Of a stretch of DNA of 64,000 bases, positions 10,875 through 20,336 are shown in pieces (position 1 is the stretch's first letter; each line of letters opens with the position of its first letter). The stretch comes from a virus. Location of the stretch: IMG/VR virus record IMGVR_UViG_3300046820_003928, positions 1 to 64,000 of that record, one strand, 5' to 3'. A model generated the notes under the pieces. That model ran no database searches. It saw only the letters and a program-made list of their open reading frames with translations, and had not been told where the DNA came from. A program made the position numbers and the translations under genes.

Positions 10875-11718
10875 TGCTTATTCCGGCCGGAAGTGAAAAA
10901 CCAGCAGCCTTTCTGTGACCTCCTCCGCCGAACTTCTTGGCAATTTCACTAACGTCAGAATCGTCGTGGTGAGCTCTAAGGCTTACCTTGACCTGACTTG
11001 TCTCGTGATCCCAATACCAGATAACAGCGAAATCGCATTTAGGGGAAAGCGCGGCGCCGATTTCAGACATCCAATGTGGTGAATTTACAACAAGAACATC
11101 ATTTCCATCAAGCTTCCTTGAAGATGCATGCTTCGCGATCTTCGAGATAACAGTCTTGGAGTAAGCGAGGATGTAAGCACCTCTTTCCTGAGCACTGTCA
11201 ACTGCTGAGTCATCGAGGTACTTGTCGAACTCTTCGAAGTCAAATGGAACCATGTCGAACGCAGCGGAAAACTCCTTGGAGTAGGGAATCTGCCATTTCC
11301 AGAGATCACGATCCTCGATAAACTTGATCATTCGAGGTGCTTCCTTGCCTGGATGGAAGAAGTTCCAAGAGAGCATCGCACCGCTGTGGGTCATGTCAAA
11401 TCGAGTGCAGGTAATGTCATGCAGTTCCACCATCGCAGATTTGTGATGATCGATAACAAGAAATCCCTTTGCCTCTTTCATCAACCGCTTTGTTGTCGCA
11501 TTGTCATACGAGAAATCTAGAATGACAACATTTTTTCCAGCGACATCCGGCGGGGGTTCACCATACTTTGCAGCGTGGTATTCTGCACGATCACCAAGCA
11601 GCTTCCAGGCAGCATAAGCAGCCCCAAATCCGTCTGTACAATTTGCATGATAGATCACAAGATCGACACTACCGGGATCCATTAGAAGTCCTGCACACGA
11701 TTGTGATGATTCCAGCAT
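10831..11718 (-). CDS. DHH/DHHA1-family phosphoesterase
   Basis: YHANCTDG, LDFS, IDHH, SLR, GGGGHRKAAG. Confidence 0.9.
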   Translation of the reverse strand: MLESSQSCAGLLMDPGSVDLVIYHANCTDGFGAAYAAWKLLGDRAEYHAAKYGEPPPDVAGKNVVILDFSYDNATTKRLMKEAKGFLVIDHHKSAMVELHDITCTRFDMTHSGAMLSWNFFHPGKEAPRMIKFIEDRDLWKWQIPYSKEFSAAFDMVPFDFEEFDKYLDDSAVDSAQERGAYILAYSKTVISKIAKHASSRKLDGNDVLVVNSPHWMSEIGAALSPKCDFAVIWYWDHETSQVKVSLRAHHDDSDVSEIAKKFGGGGHRKAAGFSLPAGISIETIFDIEGAASEK

Positions 11719-12254
11719 CTTGGCTCATATAGCTCAGAACCTCCAACAGCAATTTCTCCGAGATTTTCAACTTTTCGTGTTGTGAAATAAGCATCAGAAC
11801 CGCAAGTTGTGCAAACTGCAGAGCACTTCTCAATGTGTGTCGCCCAGGGTAGAATCTCCTTGATCTCATCAAAGGCATTACAGGATGCTGACATCTCAAT
11901 TGAGGCGACAACAACTGTAAATCCAGATCGATACAAAGAGATCAGAGCATCAGAAACACCGTCGATCATAAATGCCTCGTCGACAGCAATGACATCTGGG
12001 CGCTGGTCTTGGTTTGTTACAACCCTTAGGATATCTTTTCCACTAGAGACATTGATAGCTGGAATCTTTCCACCATTGTGAGTACAGATCTCGCTTGTCT
12101 CATACCTGTCATCCATTCTAGGCTTAAACGCCAGAATTTTCAGACCTTTGTATCTAAACCTGTCAACAAGCGCAATCAGCCTGGTAGTCTTTGACCCCAT
12201 CATAGGCCCTGTAAAAACGTAGAAGGCTGGGTTCATCATGTTAGATTCCACCAT
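11682..12254 (-). CDS. tdk: Thymidine kinase (type II/TK1-like)
   Basis: GPMMGSKTT P-loop, DDRY, VDEAFM, CxxC, IAVGGSELYEPRC. Confidence 0.95.
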   Translation of the reverse strand: MVESNMMNPAFYVFTGPMMGSKTTRLIALVDRFRYKGLKILAFKPRMDDRYETSEICTHNGGKIPAINVSSGKDILRVVTNQDQRPDVIAVDEAFMIDGVSDALISLYRSGFTVVVASIEMSASCNAFDEIKEILPWATHIEKCSAVCTTCGSDAYFTTRKVENLGEIAVGGSELYEPRCWNHHNRVQDF

Positions 12255-13249
12255 TTTAGGGTCTTCTCCAATCCGTCCCTGAAAGAGACCTTGGGTACAT
12301 ATCCGAAATCTCTTTGTGCAGCGCTGTAATCTCCTAGAGTATGCATAACGTCTCCTGCGCGCCAGGGCGCATCGACTATATTAATGCCTTCGAAACGATT
12401 TTTTAAGTAATCGATAATTTCCCTATTTGTGATTCTTTCACCGCAACAAACGTTGTATGATTCACCTGAGAACTTTTTATCAGAAAATGCTGCAAGAATA
12501 TTTGCGTCAACAATGTTATCGACATGACACATATCTCGAGACTGACTTCCGTCTCCATCGGACCTTAGAGGTCTACCATCGTGAATAGCATGGCACCAAG
12601 CAGAGACTGCAGTTGAATAGGGCGAATCTCCAAGTTGCCCCTGACCAAATACGTTGAAGTATCTTAAAAAGACAATGTCAAGATCGTAAAGACTGCTAAA
12701 CAACTTTCCAAACTCTTCTAGGCAAGACTTCTGAAGGGCGTATGGAGAGACGGGATTCTTTGGTACTGATTCGTGAGTTGGCAGAACTTCGGAAGCTCCA
12801 TAGACTGCTGATGACGAAGCTGTAACTACACGGCGCGTATTTCCCGAACATGCAACAAGGAGATGAAGAGACTTCATCAGATTTTCGTCTGTTGTCTCTA
12901 TTGGGTTTTCAACCGAGTAAGAGACACGTGGCATTGCTGCCTGGTGGAAGACTACATCATACATCTTGCTTTGGATTCTTGAAAGTACGACTGGAGATGC
13001 AAAATCGTTCTCGATGACCCACACCTGATCAGCGGGTCGATTTTCAATTTGGGACTCGAAAATGTTGACAAGGTTACCGATAAACGTTTTAAAATTCAAA
13101 CCCTCAAGATTTTCTAGAGACCCATTTGACATGTTGTCAACTACGTCGACTGTGTGGCCGTTTTCAACGAGCTTCTTGACAAGGTTGGACCCAATAAAAC
13201 CGGCTCCTCCGGTTACAAGGATCCGTGAAAAAGGCAAAATCTCAGACAT
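12236..13249 (-). CDS. NAD-dependent NDP-sugar epimerase/dehydratase (extended SDR)
   Basis: VTGGAGFIGS, ASSSAVYG, YALQK (YxxxK), LRYFNVFG, GDGSQSRD. Confidence 0.95.
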   Translation of the reverse strand: MSEILPFSRILVTGGAGFIGSNLVKKLVENGHTVDVVDNMSNGSLENLEGLNFKTFIGNLVNIFESQIENRPADQVWVIENDFASPVVLSRIQSKMYDVVFHQAAMPRVSYSVENPIETTDENLMKSLHLLVACSGNTRRVVTASSSAVYGASEVLPTHESVPKNPVSPYALQKSCLEEFGKLFSSLYDLDIVFLRYFNVFGQGQLGDSPYSTAVSAWCHAIHDGRPLRSDGDGSQSRDMCHVDNIVDANILAAFSDKKFSGESYNVCCGERITNREIIDYLKNRFEGINIVDAPWRAGDVMHTLGDYSAAQRDFGYVPKVSFRDGLEKTLKWWNLT

Positions 13250-13283
13250 TCTATAATTCCTCCGCTATCTCAGTACCAATACA

Positions 13284-14156
13284 TTATGGAACAATGTGAG
13301 CGCAATTTAACTTGACTCTCATTTTAATGTTCCTGTTCTTGAGACCGGCAAGAATCTGGGTCTTGAATCCAAGATGGACAAGGGCATCAAGATCGATCTT
13401 TAGATTTTTTGGAATATTTGTTGATCTGCATACAACGTCAAGGACATCCTGTTCATCTCGATGGATAAATCTAACGTAAGAGATGCAGCTTGAGTTCGCT
13501 GTTACAAACCTGCGAGAAGCAGCAGATTGACCACTTGCCATCTCATTCACAATCCTGTTCATTAGATCTGACTCAATTGAAGAGTAATACTCCTCTTCTC
13601 CAGAGACGCTGAGTGAATCGGGACCGGGATCATCGACAGGGGAAAGGATCACCTCAAACTGTGTATCAATTGATTCGTTGCGTCCCGTTGTGGAAAGAGA
13701 CATCTCAGCATACTCGGCGATCCGCTTTGTTGTAACTGCCTCTCTGCTTGTGATAACATCGCGCACCGCTTCGGGATCTGGTAGTTCTCGACAAACAATT
13801 ACAGAGGGGTGATACCGCAGCGCCATCGCGTGACTGTTGAACTCCTCCCACGTTCTCCGTAGTGTATCAAGGTTGTGCATCTCATCACCTCTGGATGCAA
13901 ACCGCGCTGTTACAGTGTTCCACCCGGGGGCAAGAAGAACGACAACGTTGTTTAGATCGTCAAGAAATCTATTTAAGTCTCCCTTTTCATGGCTATCATC
14001 ACGTCCAAAAATCTTGGGATAAACAGCGCGGCTAAGATGACCTCGATCTCTAATGTCATATCGAAAATCTGTTGCCTTGTGGAAATCACGATAGAATGTA
14101 GTCTTCCCAGAGAGATCGCAGCCCTCAAGAACAACCTGCTTCGTTACCAGTCTCAT
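13284..14156 (-). CDS. Fusion of a dNMP (thymidylate) kinase-like domain and a thymidylate-synthase-fold domain
   Basis: N-terminal LEGCDLSGKTT P-loop and DRGHLS; C-terminal SRR...C..F...RSTN......D...AHI aligns with the TS core. Start ATG at 14156 overlaps the dnaE stop (ATGA). Confidence 0.75.
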   Translation of the reverse strand: MRLVTKQVVLEGCDLSGKTTFYRDFHKATDFRYDIRDRGHLSRAVYPKIFGRDDSHEKGDLNRFLDDLNNVVVLLAPGWNTVTARFASRGDEMHNLDTLRRTWEEFNSHAMALRYHPSVIVCRELPDPEAVRDVITSREAVTTKRIAEYAEMSLSTTGRNESIDTQFEVILSPVDDPGPDSLSVSGEEEYYSSIESDLMNRIVNEMASGQSAASRRFVTANSSCISYVRFIHRDEQDVLDVVCRSTNIPKNLKIDLDALVHLGFKTQILAGLKNRNIKMRVKLNCAHIVP

Positions 14157-17100
14157 ACTTGAATCTTCCTCATCTTGTTGTTGTTTGTGGAGCATCCCCA
14201 GTTTGCATCTTTGCTAACTTCAGCAATGTAGATCTCATAGTGATTGAGCGGCATTTCACCCCAGATTCTCAGATTCACCATTTGCATCTCATTGTCGCAT
14301 ACCTGGGCACGAATAAAACCCTTGCCATTCTTTGTCTTCTTTACAGTAAAGTCCTGAACCAAGAACCAGCAAATCTGCCTTTCTCCATCTCCAATCGCAG
14401 TGATGGGATCGACCTGGGCCTTTTTGATCTTAGCAATAATGTCATCTGGAAACATTAGATCTTCACGAGAAGTTGACGTTAGGTCAAAGTACATCTTAAG
14501 CTTCTCTGATCGTGTCCAGTCAGGTAGATCTTCAAACTGCTCAAGTAGATTCCAGAACGTCACTTCGGGCTTGATTCCTTCCTTCTGCATCTTCTTGAGC
14601 TGTGTTTTCGTGTACCCAAATCTGCCCCGTCGAAGAACATCATAATTCTTTCCCTCTGTCATGGTGGCAAGAAGCTGTCGATGGTTCTTGACCCGACCCG
14701 ATCTAAAGTCTTCAAGCGAGCTAAGTGCTTCGACGCTACAGAGTGAAGTGAGAGTCGTCTTGTTCACCTTTGAATGACGCCAGGATCCATCAGCAAGATA
14801 GAGCATCTGCTCAATCGACTTATAGGGTCGATTATCCATGATTTCCTTGACAGCAGTTTCACCAACGCCCTTGATCGATGTCAAGGGAGGAACAAAACCC
14901 TGTAGCTCCCGACTAAACATCCAAACATCTCCAGAGCTGTTGATGTCAGGTGGAAAGATCTTGAATCCCTGCTCCTTGATCTCAGCAGCTACCTTCGCGA
15001 GTCCTTCTGGGTTGCTATTCTCAGACTGGAGGCATGTGGCAAGCCACTCTTCTTCATAGTGCTTGTGCAGCCAGGCTGCGTAGTAAGAATCGACTGCATA
15101 TGAGACAGAGTGTGACTTGTTGAACCCGTATGCGGAGAAGGCCTCAATTGTTTCGTAGAGCTCCGTTGCGTCCTTCACCGACATTCCATTGAGATTGACA
15201 GCACCGTCTACGAATCTCTTACGAAGATCCTCACGCTCTTTTGCCTTCTTTTCGTTCATGTCAAGCGACTTCTTGACCAGCGTCTTGCGCATCTGGTCAG
15301 ATTCTCCCGGATTAAATCCAGCAAGCTTCTGGGCCAACAACATGAATTGCTCCTGGTAGACGACGAATCCGTGTGTCGGTCCCAGGATGTCTTTCAGAAT
15401 TGGATGCTTATAGGTTGCTGTTCCCTTGTTCTTGACATCGACGTATTTCTTGTGAACTCCTGCAGCAAGCGGACCAGGACGGTAGATTGCTGTGATGGCA
15501 GAGAGATCTTCGATTGACGTGGGCTTCGCCTCGAGGCAGAACTTTCTAGCTCCGCTATTCGTGAACTGGAAGATCTGGGTAAATCTACCAGAATGATAGA
15601 CGTGCTTCCACACATCTTGATCATCGGGTTCGTTATATCGAATGTTGAGATGCTTATCAAAGAACTCTTTGACCTGCGCAAAGCTAGGGTTTTGGATGCC
15701 AAAGCGAGTCTGCAGCAACATTCGAATGCAGTCTTCGACCATCTTTAGAAGCGACAGACCGAGGAAGTCAAACTTGAGGAATCCGTTCTCCTCAAGATGT
15801 CGGAAGTTCATGCCTTCAGACCACGGCGTCTGCAACTCACCTCGGACTGAGATGACAGGCATATGATCTTCAAGGCGTGGGCAGATAAGAACGCCGCCGG
15901 CATGGCGACCAATCGAACGTGTCTCCATGAAGAGTGACTGAACCTGATCACAAAGGTCAGGATACTTCTCCATGAAGATCTTGTACTTCTCAGAATATTT
16001 CATGCAGTCTGCATGAGAAAGAACGTATGTGCTCTTTTCCTCGTGGTCTCCGAGCGCTTTGTGCATGACATCATCCTGAAGAGGTCCTGTGACTTCATTT
16101 ACCTCTTCGAATGGAATCCCATGAAACTTAGCAATGTCCTTGATCAGAGACTTCAGCTTTAGGGTGTTGAAGTTTGAGACAGGAACAACAGAGTCTTCTC
16201 CAAATAGATTACGTGCCTCATCAATTAGAACGTCTCGGTCACCGACGTCTGTGTCGATATCCGGCCACGCGACCTTGTGACGACCGAGGAATCTCTCCCA
16301 CAGGAGATCGTACTTGATCGGATCGACCGATGTGATTCCGAGGACGTAATTGACCAGAGATCCGGCGCCAGATCCTCGACCTGGTCCGATCAGCGTGCGA
16401 TGCTGTGCTCGATCAAAGACAAAATAAAGTGTGAGGAAGTAGTTCTCAAACTTTAGATACTTGATGTCATCAAGTTCCATCTTAAGACGTTCAACGTACT
16501 CGGGCTTTGTATGAAGACCGAGCTCAACAAGACCCTTCTTGCACATCTCAAGAAGCTGATTGAACGCTGTTTGTTCGGGCTTGTTAAAGCTTGGGAGCTT
16601 AGCAGAAGTATCGAAGGTGATTTCCTCACACTTTTCCCACGCAATATCGTATGTTCGCTCAATTGAGTCGCGAACTAGTTCCTCAGTTCCGCTGTAGAAT
16701 TCAAACTTGTCCTTATGGGCAAGATACTCATCCCACATCTGGCGCGCGTTCTTTGGGTACAACTCACACTTTAGATCTTCAAAAGCAGGCAACGTCTGCT
16801 TCTGCATATCATCAGAGCGACCTCCCATTCTACCCAGCTTCTTGTAAAGCTCACGAGCTTGCCATGCGTTCGGACTATAATAGTGAGAGTCAGCAGTGGC
16901 AATTGTCTTGATACCAGTTCGACCCGCAAGCGTGATTAGATGCTTGTTTGTTGTATGCTGGATGTCAAGACGATTGAACTGAAGCTCTAGGAAAAAGTTA
17001 TCAATTCCAACTGCATCAACAAACCGATCAGTGTGATTCTGGAGCTCGCGCTGGATCTGTTCGTGAGACTTCTTGAGTGCCTCACCCCGGATGGCAGTAG

Positions 17101-17710
17101 AAGCCAAGAGCCCACCGACACACGCTGTCGAGACAACAAGCCCTTCTCCATGCTGCTTAAGCATGTCATAATCGATCCGAGGAAATCGATAGTATCCTTC
17201 AACGTAGGATCGCTTGACAAGGTTGAACAGATTCTTGAGTCCAGTTCGATTCTTGGCAAAAACAACCAAGTGATACCGACGCTTCCACTCGTCAGCGTCA
17301 TCTGACTCAACAGTCTTCGTCTCGTCCTCGTCTTCAACAACAAGTCCGCCTGTGACTTCATCCTCTGCAAGAATATCAGTAGTTTCAGGCTTTCCCTCTT
17401 CGTTCTTTACACGCTTAGATTCAAAATGAGCAGCACGCTTCCGCTCCCATTCAGAGATCGAGGGAACAAAATAGAACTCAGCGCCATAGATCTGTCGAAA
17501 CTTTCTACCCTTGCCTTTCATCTTCTTGGCGTAGGTGTGCGCGTGAGCGAGACCGTTGCCGCTTCCGTGATCTGTCAGCGCCCAGGCATCCATCTCGTTT
17601 GACAGGATCCAGTCGATGTGCTTGTCAGGATACCCAAGACCATCATTGACCGACAGGCCCGAATGGCAGTGAAGTCCGACGAACCGACTTGGAGGCACAA
17701 TGTTACCCAT
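14153..17710 (-). CDS. dnaE: DNA polymerase III alpha subunit (family C) with PHP domain
   Basis: LHCHS..DG, TDHG, ADSHY, GRGSGAGS, PDIDTD, RHAGG, KFDFLGL, YQEQ, FNKSH. Confidence 0.97.
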   Translation of the reverse strand: MGNIVPPSRFVGLHCHSGLSVNDGLGYPDKHIDWILSNEMDAWALTDHGSGNGLAHAHTYAKKMKGKGRKFRQIYGAEFYFVPSISEWERKRAAHFESKRVKNEEGKPETTDILAEDEVTGGLVVEDEDETKTVESDDADEWKRRYHLVVFAKNRTGLKNLFNLVKRSYVEGYYRFPRIDYDMLKQHGEGLVVSTACVGGLLASTAIRGEALKKSHEQIQRELQNHTDRFVDAVGIDNFFLELQFNRLDIQHTTNKHLITLAGRTGIKTIATADSHYYSPNAWQARELYKKLGRMGGRSDDMQKQTLPAFEDLKCELYPKNARQMWDEYLAHKDKFEFYSGTEELVRDSIERTYDIAWEKCEEITFDTSAKLPSFNKPEQTAFNQLLEMCKKGLVELGLHTKPEYVERLKMELDDIKYLKFENYFLTLYFVFDRAQHRTLIGPGRGSGAGSLVNYVLGITSVDPIKYDLLWERFLGRHKVAWPDIDTDVGDRDVLIDEARNLFGEDSVVPVSNFNTLKLKSLIKDIAKFHGIPFEEVNEVTGPLQDDVMHKALGDHEEKSTYVLSHADCMKYSEKYKIFMEKYPDLCDQVQSLFMETRSIGRHAGGVLICPRLEDHMPVISVRGELQTPWSEGMNFRHLEENGFLKFDFLGLSLLKMVEDCIRMLLQTRFGIQNPSFAQVKEFFDKHLNIRYNEPDDQDVWKHVYHSGRFTQIFQFTNSGARKFCLEAKPTSIEDLSAITAIYRPGPLAAGVHKKYVDVKNKGTATYKHPILKDILGPTHGFVVYQEQFMLLAQKLAGFNPGESDQMRKTLVKKSLDMNEKKAKEREDLRKRFVDGAVNLNGMSVKDATELYETIEAFSAYGFNKSHSVSYAVDSYYAAWLHKHYEEEWLATCLQSENSNPEGLAKVAAEIKEQGFKIFPPDINSSGDVWMFSRELQGFVPPLTSIKGVGETAVKEIMDNRPYKSIEQMLYLADGSWRHSKVNKTTLTSLCSVEALSSLEDFRSGRVKNHRQLLATMTEGKNYDVLRRGRFGYTKTQLKKMQKEGIKPEVTFWNLLEQFEDLPDWTRSEKLKMYFDLTSTSREDLMFPDDIIAKIKKAQVDPITAIGDGERQICWFLVQDFTVKKTKNGKGFIRAQVCDNEMQMVNLRIWGEMPLNHYEIYIAEVSKDANWGCSTNNNKMRKIQV

Positions 17711-17726
17711 TTTAATTCCTCATTAA

Positions 17727-17755
17727 ATTGTAGTCGAAGAGATGTCGAAATACAA
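17727..17755 (-). promoter_or_regulatory. Sigma70-like promoter of the dnaE operon
   Basis: TTGTAT-17 bp-TACAAT, followed by GAGG RBS. Confidence 0.7.
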
Positions 17756-17757
17756 GA

Positions 17758-18258
17758 CTAGCCGTCGAAGGCAATGACCATACGCAGACGACCAGAAAGA
17801 TCCTCGCTTCCGATATTTTCAGCAAGAGTGCCAGTCCAGGACATCAGTTTATATCTGTTCTCTGGGCCGGGCAGATAGATCTGAGAGATCTCAGTCTCAG
17901 GACTGGGAATGGTCTCGTGATAGTGGTCTGCACGGGAAAGATCTTCTGGAACGGGATCTCCGTCTTCGATAACATAGGACACATAAAGGTTTCTATTTGC
18001 CTGACGCACCTCGTCAGGATCTAGCCAGGTGTGGCTATGCAAGTTGCGTCCCCAAGCATCAACCAGCTGCTTCCAAGCCTGGGAGCAATCCTCAGGTGTA
18101 CCACGGCGTGCTGAGTAGGGTTGCAGCCCTGGCAAACCGCGCACATTAGCAATGATTCTAAACCATTCGTAGCTCCTGGTGTCATTTATCAGCTCAAAGG
18201 CGATCCAGTCTCCGTGTGGTGCCTTAAACTCCCAAAAACCCCGGATGTCGCAACTCAA
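17758..18258 (-). CDS. Hypothetical phage protein
   Basis: 166 aa; TTG start with GAGGAGG RBS; RSYEWF..IANVRG and HSHTWL motifs. Confidence 0.8.
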   Translation of the reverse strand: MSCDIRGFWEFKAPHGDWIAFELINDTRSYEWFRIIANVRGLPGLQPYSARRGTPEDCSQAWKQLVDAWGRNLHSHTWLDPDEVRQANRNLYVSYVIEDGDPVPEDLSRADHYHETIPSPETEISQIYLPGPENRYKLMSWTGTLAENIGSEDLSGRLRMVIAFDG

Positions 18259-18287
18259 GTTGCCTCCTCACCCATATTGTAACACAA

Positions 18288-18354
18288 ATTCGGGCCAACG
18301 CACGAGAACGTACGCGGCCCGAATAGAAACCGCCGACCGGCGGTGATTAGCCCC
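18288..18354 (-). terminator. Tandem hairpins (terminator-like) followed by an extended -10 (TGTTACAAT)
   Basis: ACCGCC/GGCGGT stem plus TTCT, then an ATTCGGGCC...GGCCCGAAT stem. Confidence 0.55.
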
Positions 18355-18355
18355 C

Positions 18356-18883
18356 TCAGGTGCCTTCGTCTGCTCTCGATGGCTTGCCCTTGACAGCCAT
18401 GAGTGCAGCATTGACAACGGCATCAGGATTATCTGCCCAATCTGCCATCTTTCGTAGTTCCTCATAAGAGGCGCCCTTTTCGATGGCTTTCTTCATTGCA
18501 GCAGAAGCCTTATATGTCTTGCCGTGATATTTTCCCTTTGTTACTCGGCCGTTTTTCTTCTTCTCATTGAGAGGAATCTCATCATGTGATCCGCCATCAG
18601 TGTCATGGTACTCGTACATGAGATAATCAAAAACAGATCCCATCATAGAGTCTACAACAGCAATCTTCTCCTGGACCCACTCAGGAAGATCGTCTCTTTC
18701 TCCGATCAAGTCGTGAAGTTCGTATGCCTTCTGTGCAACTGTGAAGAGATTAGACCTAATCATGTCAGATTCTTGCTCGGGTCCGTTATTGTGAAAGATT
18801 CGACCGGCATGATCCATTTGAACCATGCCCATCTCATGCATCTCACGAAGGACAAGTCGCCTAATGGCGTTTCTATCGATCAT
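18356..18883 (-). CDS. Hypothetical protein, probably virion-associated
   Basis: 175 aa; leader IRRLVLREMHE; LPEWVQEKIA motif; GATATTTA upstream. Confidence 0.75.
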   Translation of the reverse strand: MIDRNAIRRLVLREMHEMGMVQMDHAGRIFHNNGPEQESDMIRSNLFTVAQKAYELHDLIGERDDLPEWVQEKIAVVDSMMGSVFDYLMYEYHDTDGGSHDEIPLNEKKKNGRVTKGKYHGKTYKASAAMKKAIEKGASYEELRKMADWADNPDAVVNAALMAVKGKPSRADEGT

Positions 18884-18913
18884 CGATTTAGTTCCTTTTC
18901 AACTAAATATCAA

Positions 18914-19357
18914 CTACTCGATTAATCCACCGTAAGTTCGATTAAGAAGGCGTCCCGCCTCTCGACACTGGATGAGATAGCTTCGAAGATCATCAATTGA
19001 AGTACAAACTGCAACACCCGATGCCGCAAGCATTAGATTGAACTTTGCATTCGGAGGAAGTCCTGCGCAGAAATAAACGATGGGCTTATCAAGGCTATAG
19101 AAGTAACCTGCTTCCCAGATTGAACCCATATCCTTGTTGCGAGTATTGCAGATCATCCAGTCACAAAGATCCAGATGATTCACATTTCCATCGAAGATCG
19201 CCTTCTGCGTGTCCGTAGACGAATCTGCCTCGGCAATTGCATAATCCTTAGGAGAGAAATAGTCAAGACTAAGATCCTCGAGGACCTTTTTGATGTCCTC
19301 GACTTCCTGGAACCAATCTGGAGAAAACCAACCGCTTGCAATGTAGACGTTGTTCAT
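18914..19357 (-). CDS. Nucleoside 2'-deoxyribosyltransferase / nucleotide N-glycosidase family protein
   Basis: VYIASGWFS, F..N...L..CD, DMGSIWEAGY (catalytic Glu), NLML. Confidence 0.8.
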   Translation of the reverse strand: MNNVYIASGWFSPDWFQEVEDIKKVLEDLSLDYFSPKDYAIAEADSSTDTQKAIFDGNVNHLDLCDWMICNTRNKDMGSIWEAGYFYSLDKPIVYFCAGLPPNAKFNLMLAASGVAVCTSIDDLRSYLIQCREAGRLLNRTYGGLIE

Positions 19358-19399
19358 ATCGTTGCCTCAAAGAAAAGATACGCATCGATCTTTGAGTTT

Positions 19400-20089
19400 T
19401 TAAGAGATTCGCTTTCTTTCTTGCATCTTCTTCCTAGCCCTGTTCATGATATCATCCTTGCTGCCAGGATGAACTCCTGTAGCATACTTGACACCCTCAG
19501 ATATCATCTCATCAGTTACGTAAATCCAGCCGTTTCTTTTGCAAAGCTCTTTTATGACTGCAATCTTATTTTCTTCAGTGGCATTTATCCAATACCACTC
19601 AATAGAATTCCTAATTCGAGCTATCTCGTCTTCAAGAATCTTGGAACGTCGGCGCAAAGAAGCTGCGATTGCAAGATCATCAAAACCCGTATCAAGATCA
19701 AGGTCGACAGCAATCTCAACAAGTGTATCAGAATCAGCATCTCTAAGAGCCGCTGCGGCTCTCTGATAGGCTTTAACACGCTTATCTATCTCTTTTTGAG
19801 AAAGTCCCATCTTTTCTGTTTTGTCAGGATGGGTCTCTTGCACGATCTTTCGATAGAGCTTTTTTATCTCTGTTTCAACAGGAGACTTTTCTTCCTGTTG
19901 CTTTTGATCAACGTCGGCGGGCTTCTGCTGGGGATCTGAAGTCGGTCTTTGAGCTTCTGGGTCAACGCGTATGTGACGAAGAGCGTCAAGCATTTCACGC
20001 TTTCCCTTTTCGAAAAGCTCCTGGTGATGCTCTCTTTCTCCCCTGACGTATTTAAAAAGATTTACTGCTCTTGAGAGCTCTTTATCCAT
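19400..20089 (-). CDS. J-domain-like protein
   Basis: EIKKLYRKIVQETHPDK (helix II plus HPD) followed by helix III ...AY. Confidence 0.7.
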   Translation of the reverse strand: MDKELSRAVNLFKYVRGEREHHQELFEKGKREMLDALRHIRVDPEAQRPTSDPQQKPADVDQKQQEEKSPVETEIKKLYRKIVQETHPDKTEKMGLSQKEIDKRVKAYQRAAAALRDADSDTLVEIAVDLDLDTGFDDLAIAASLRRRSKILEDEIARIRNSIEWYWINATEENKIAVIKELCKRNGWIYVTDEMISEGVKYATGVHPGSKDDIMNRARKKMQERKRIS

Positions 20090-20336
20090 TGCTCTGCTTT
20101 GCTCGAATCCAATTAATGACAGGCTTTGCCTTCTTCGCCAGCGTCACAGGCCAAAGAAGGTCTGATTTGAAATTTGCAGCAAGGAAAAATGCGTAGTTCT
20201 TAATGTGCGACTTCTGCTCTCTAGCCCTTATCATCTGATATTCATCATGCAAAGAAACGATCGAATTAACACGATTTGCAGCAAGGAAAAGTGCTACAAA
20301 AAAATAGGAAAATAGAACAGAAAGAACTATTGTCAT
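20082..20336 (-). CDS. Small membrane protein
   Basis: N-terminal hydrophobic helix. Confidence 0.65.
   Translation of the reverse strand: MTIVLSVLFSYFFVALFLAANRVNSIVSLHDEYQMIRAREQKSHIKNYAFFLAANFKSDLLWPVTLAKKAKPVINWIRAKQSNG

Noticed and set aside
18268-18355. Possible tRNA in a GC-rich intergenic segment
   Set aside because: Only two simple hairpins; no cloverleaf, T-loop GTTC context or CCA end
19175-19939. 254-aa plus-strand ORF, and all other plus-strand track ORFs
   Set aside because: They are antisense shadows of well-supported minus-strand genes, with no motifs or RBS
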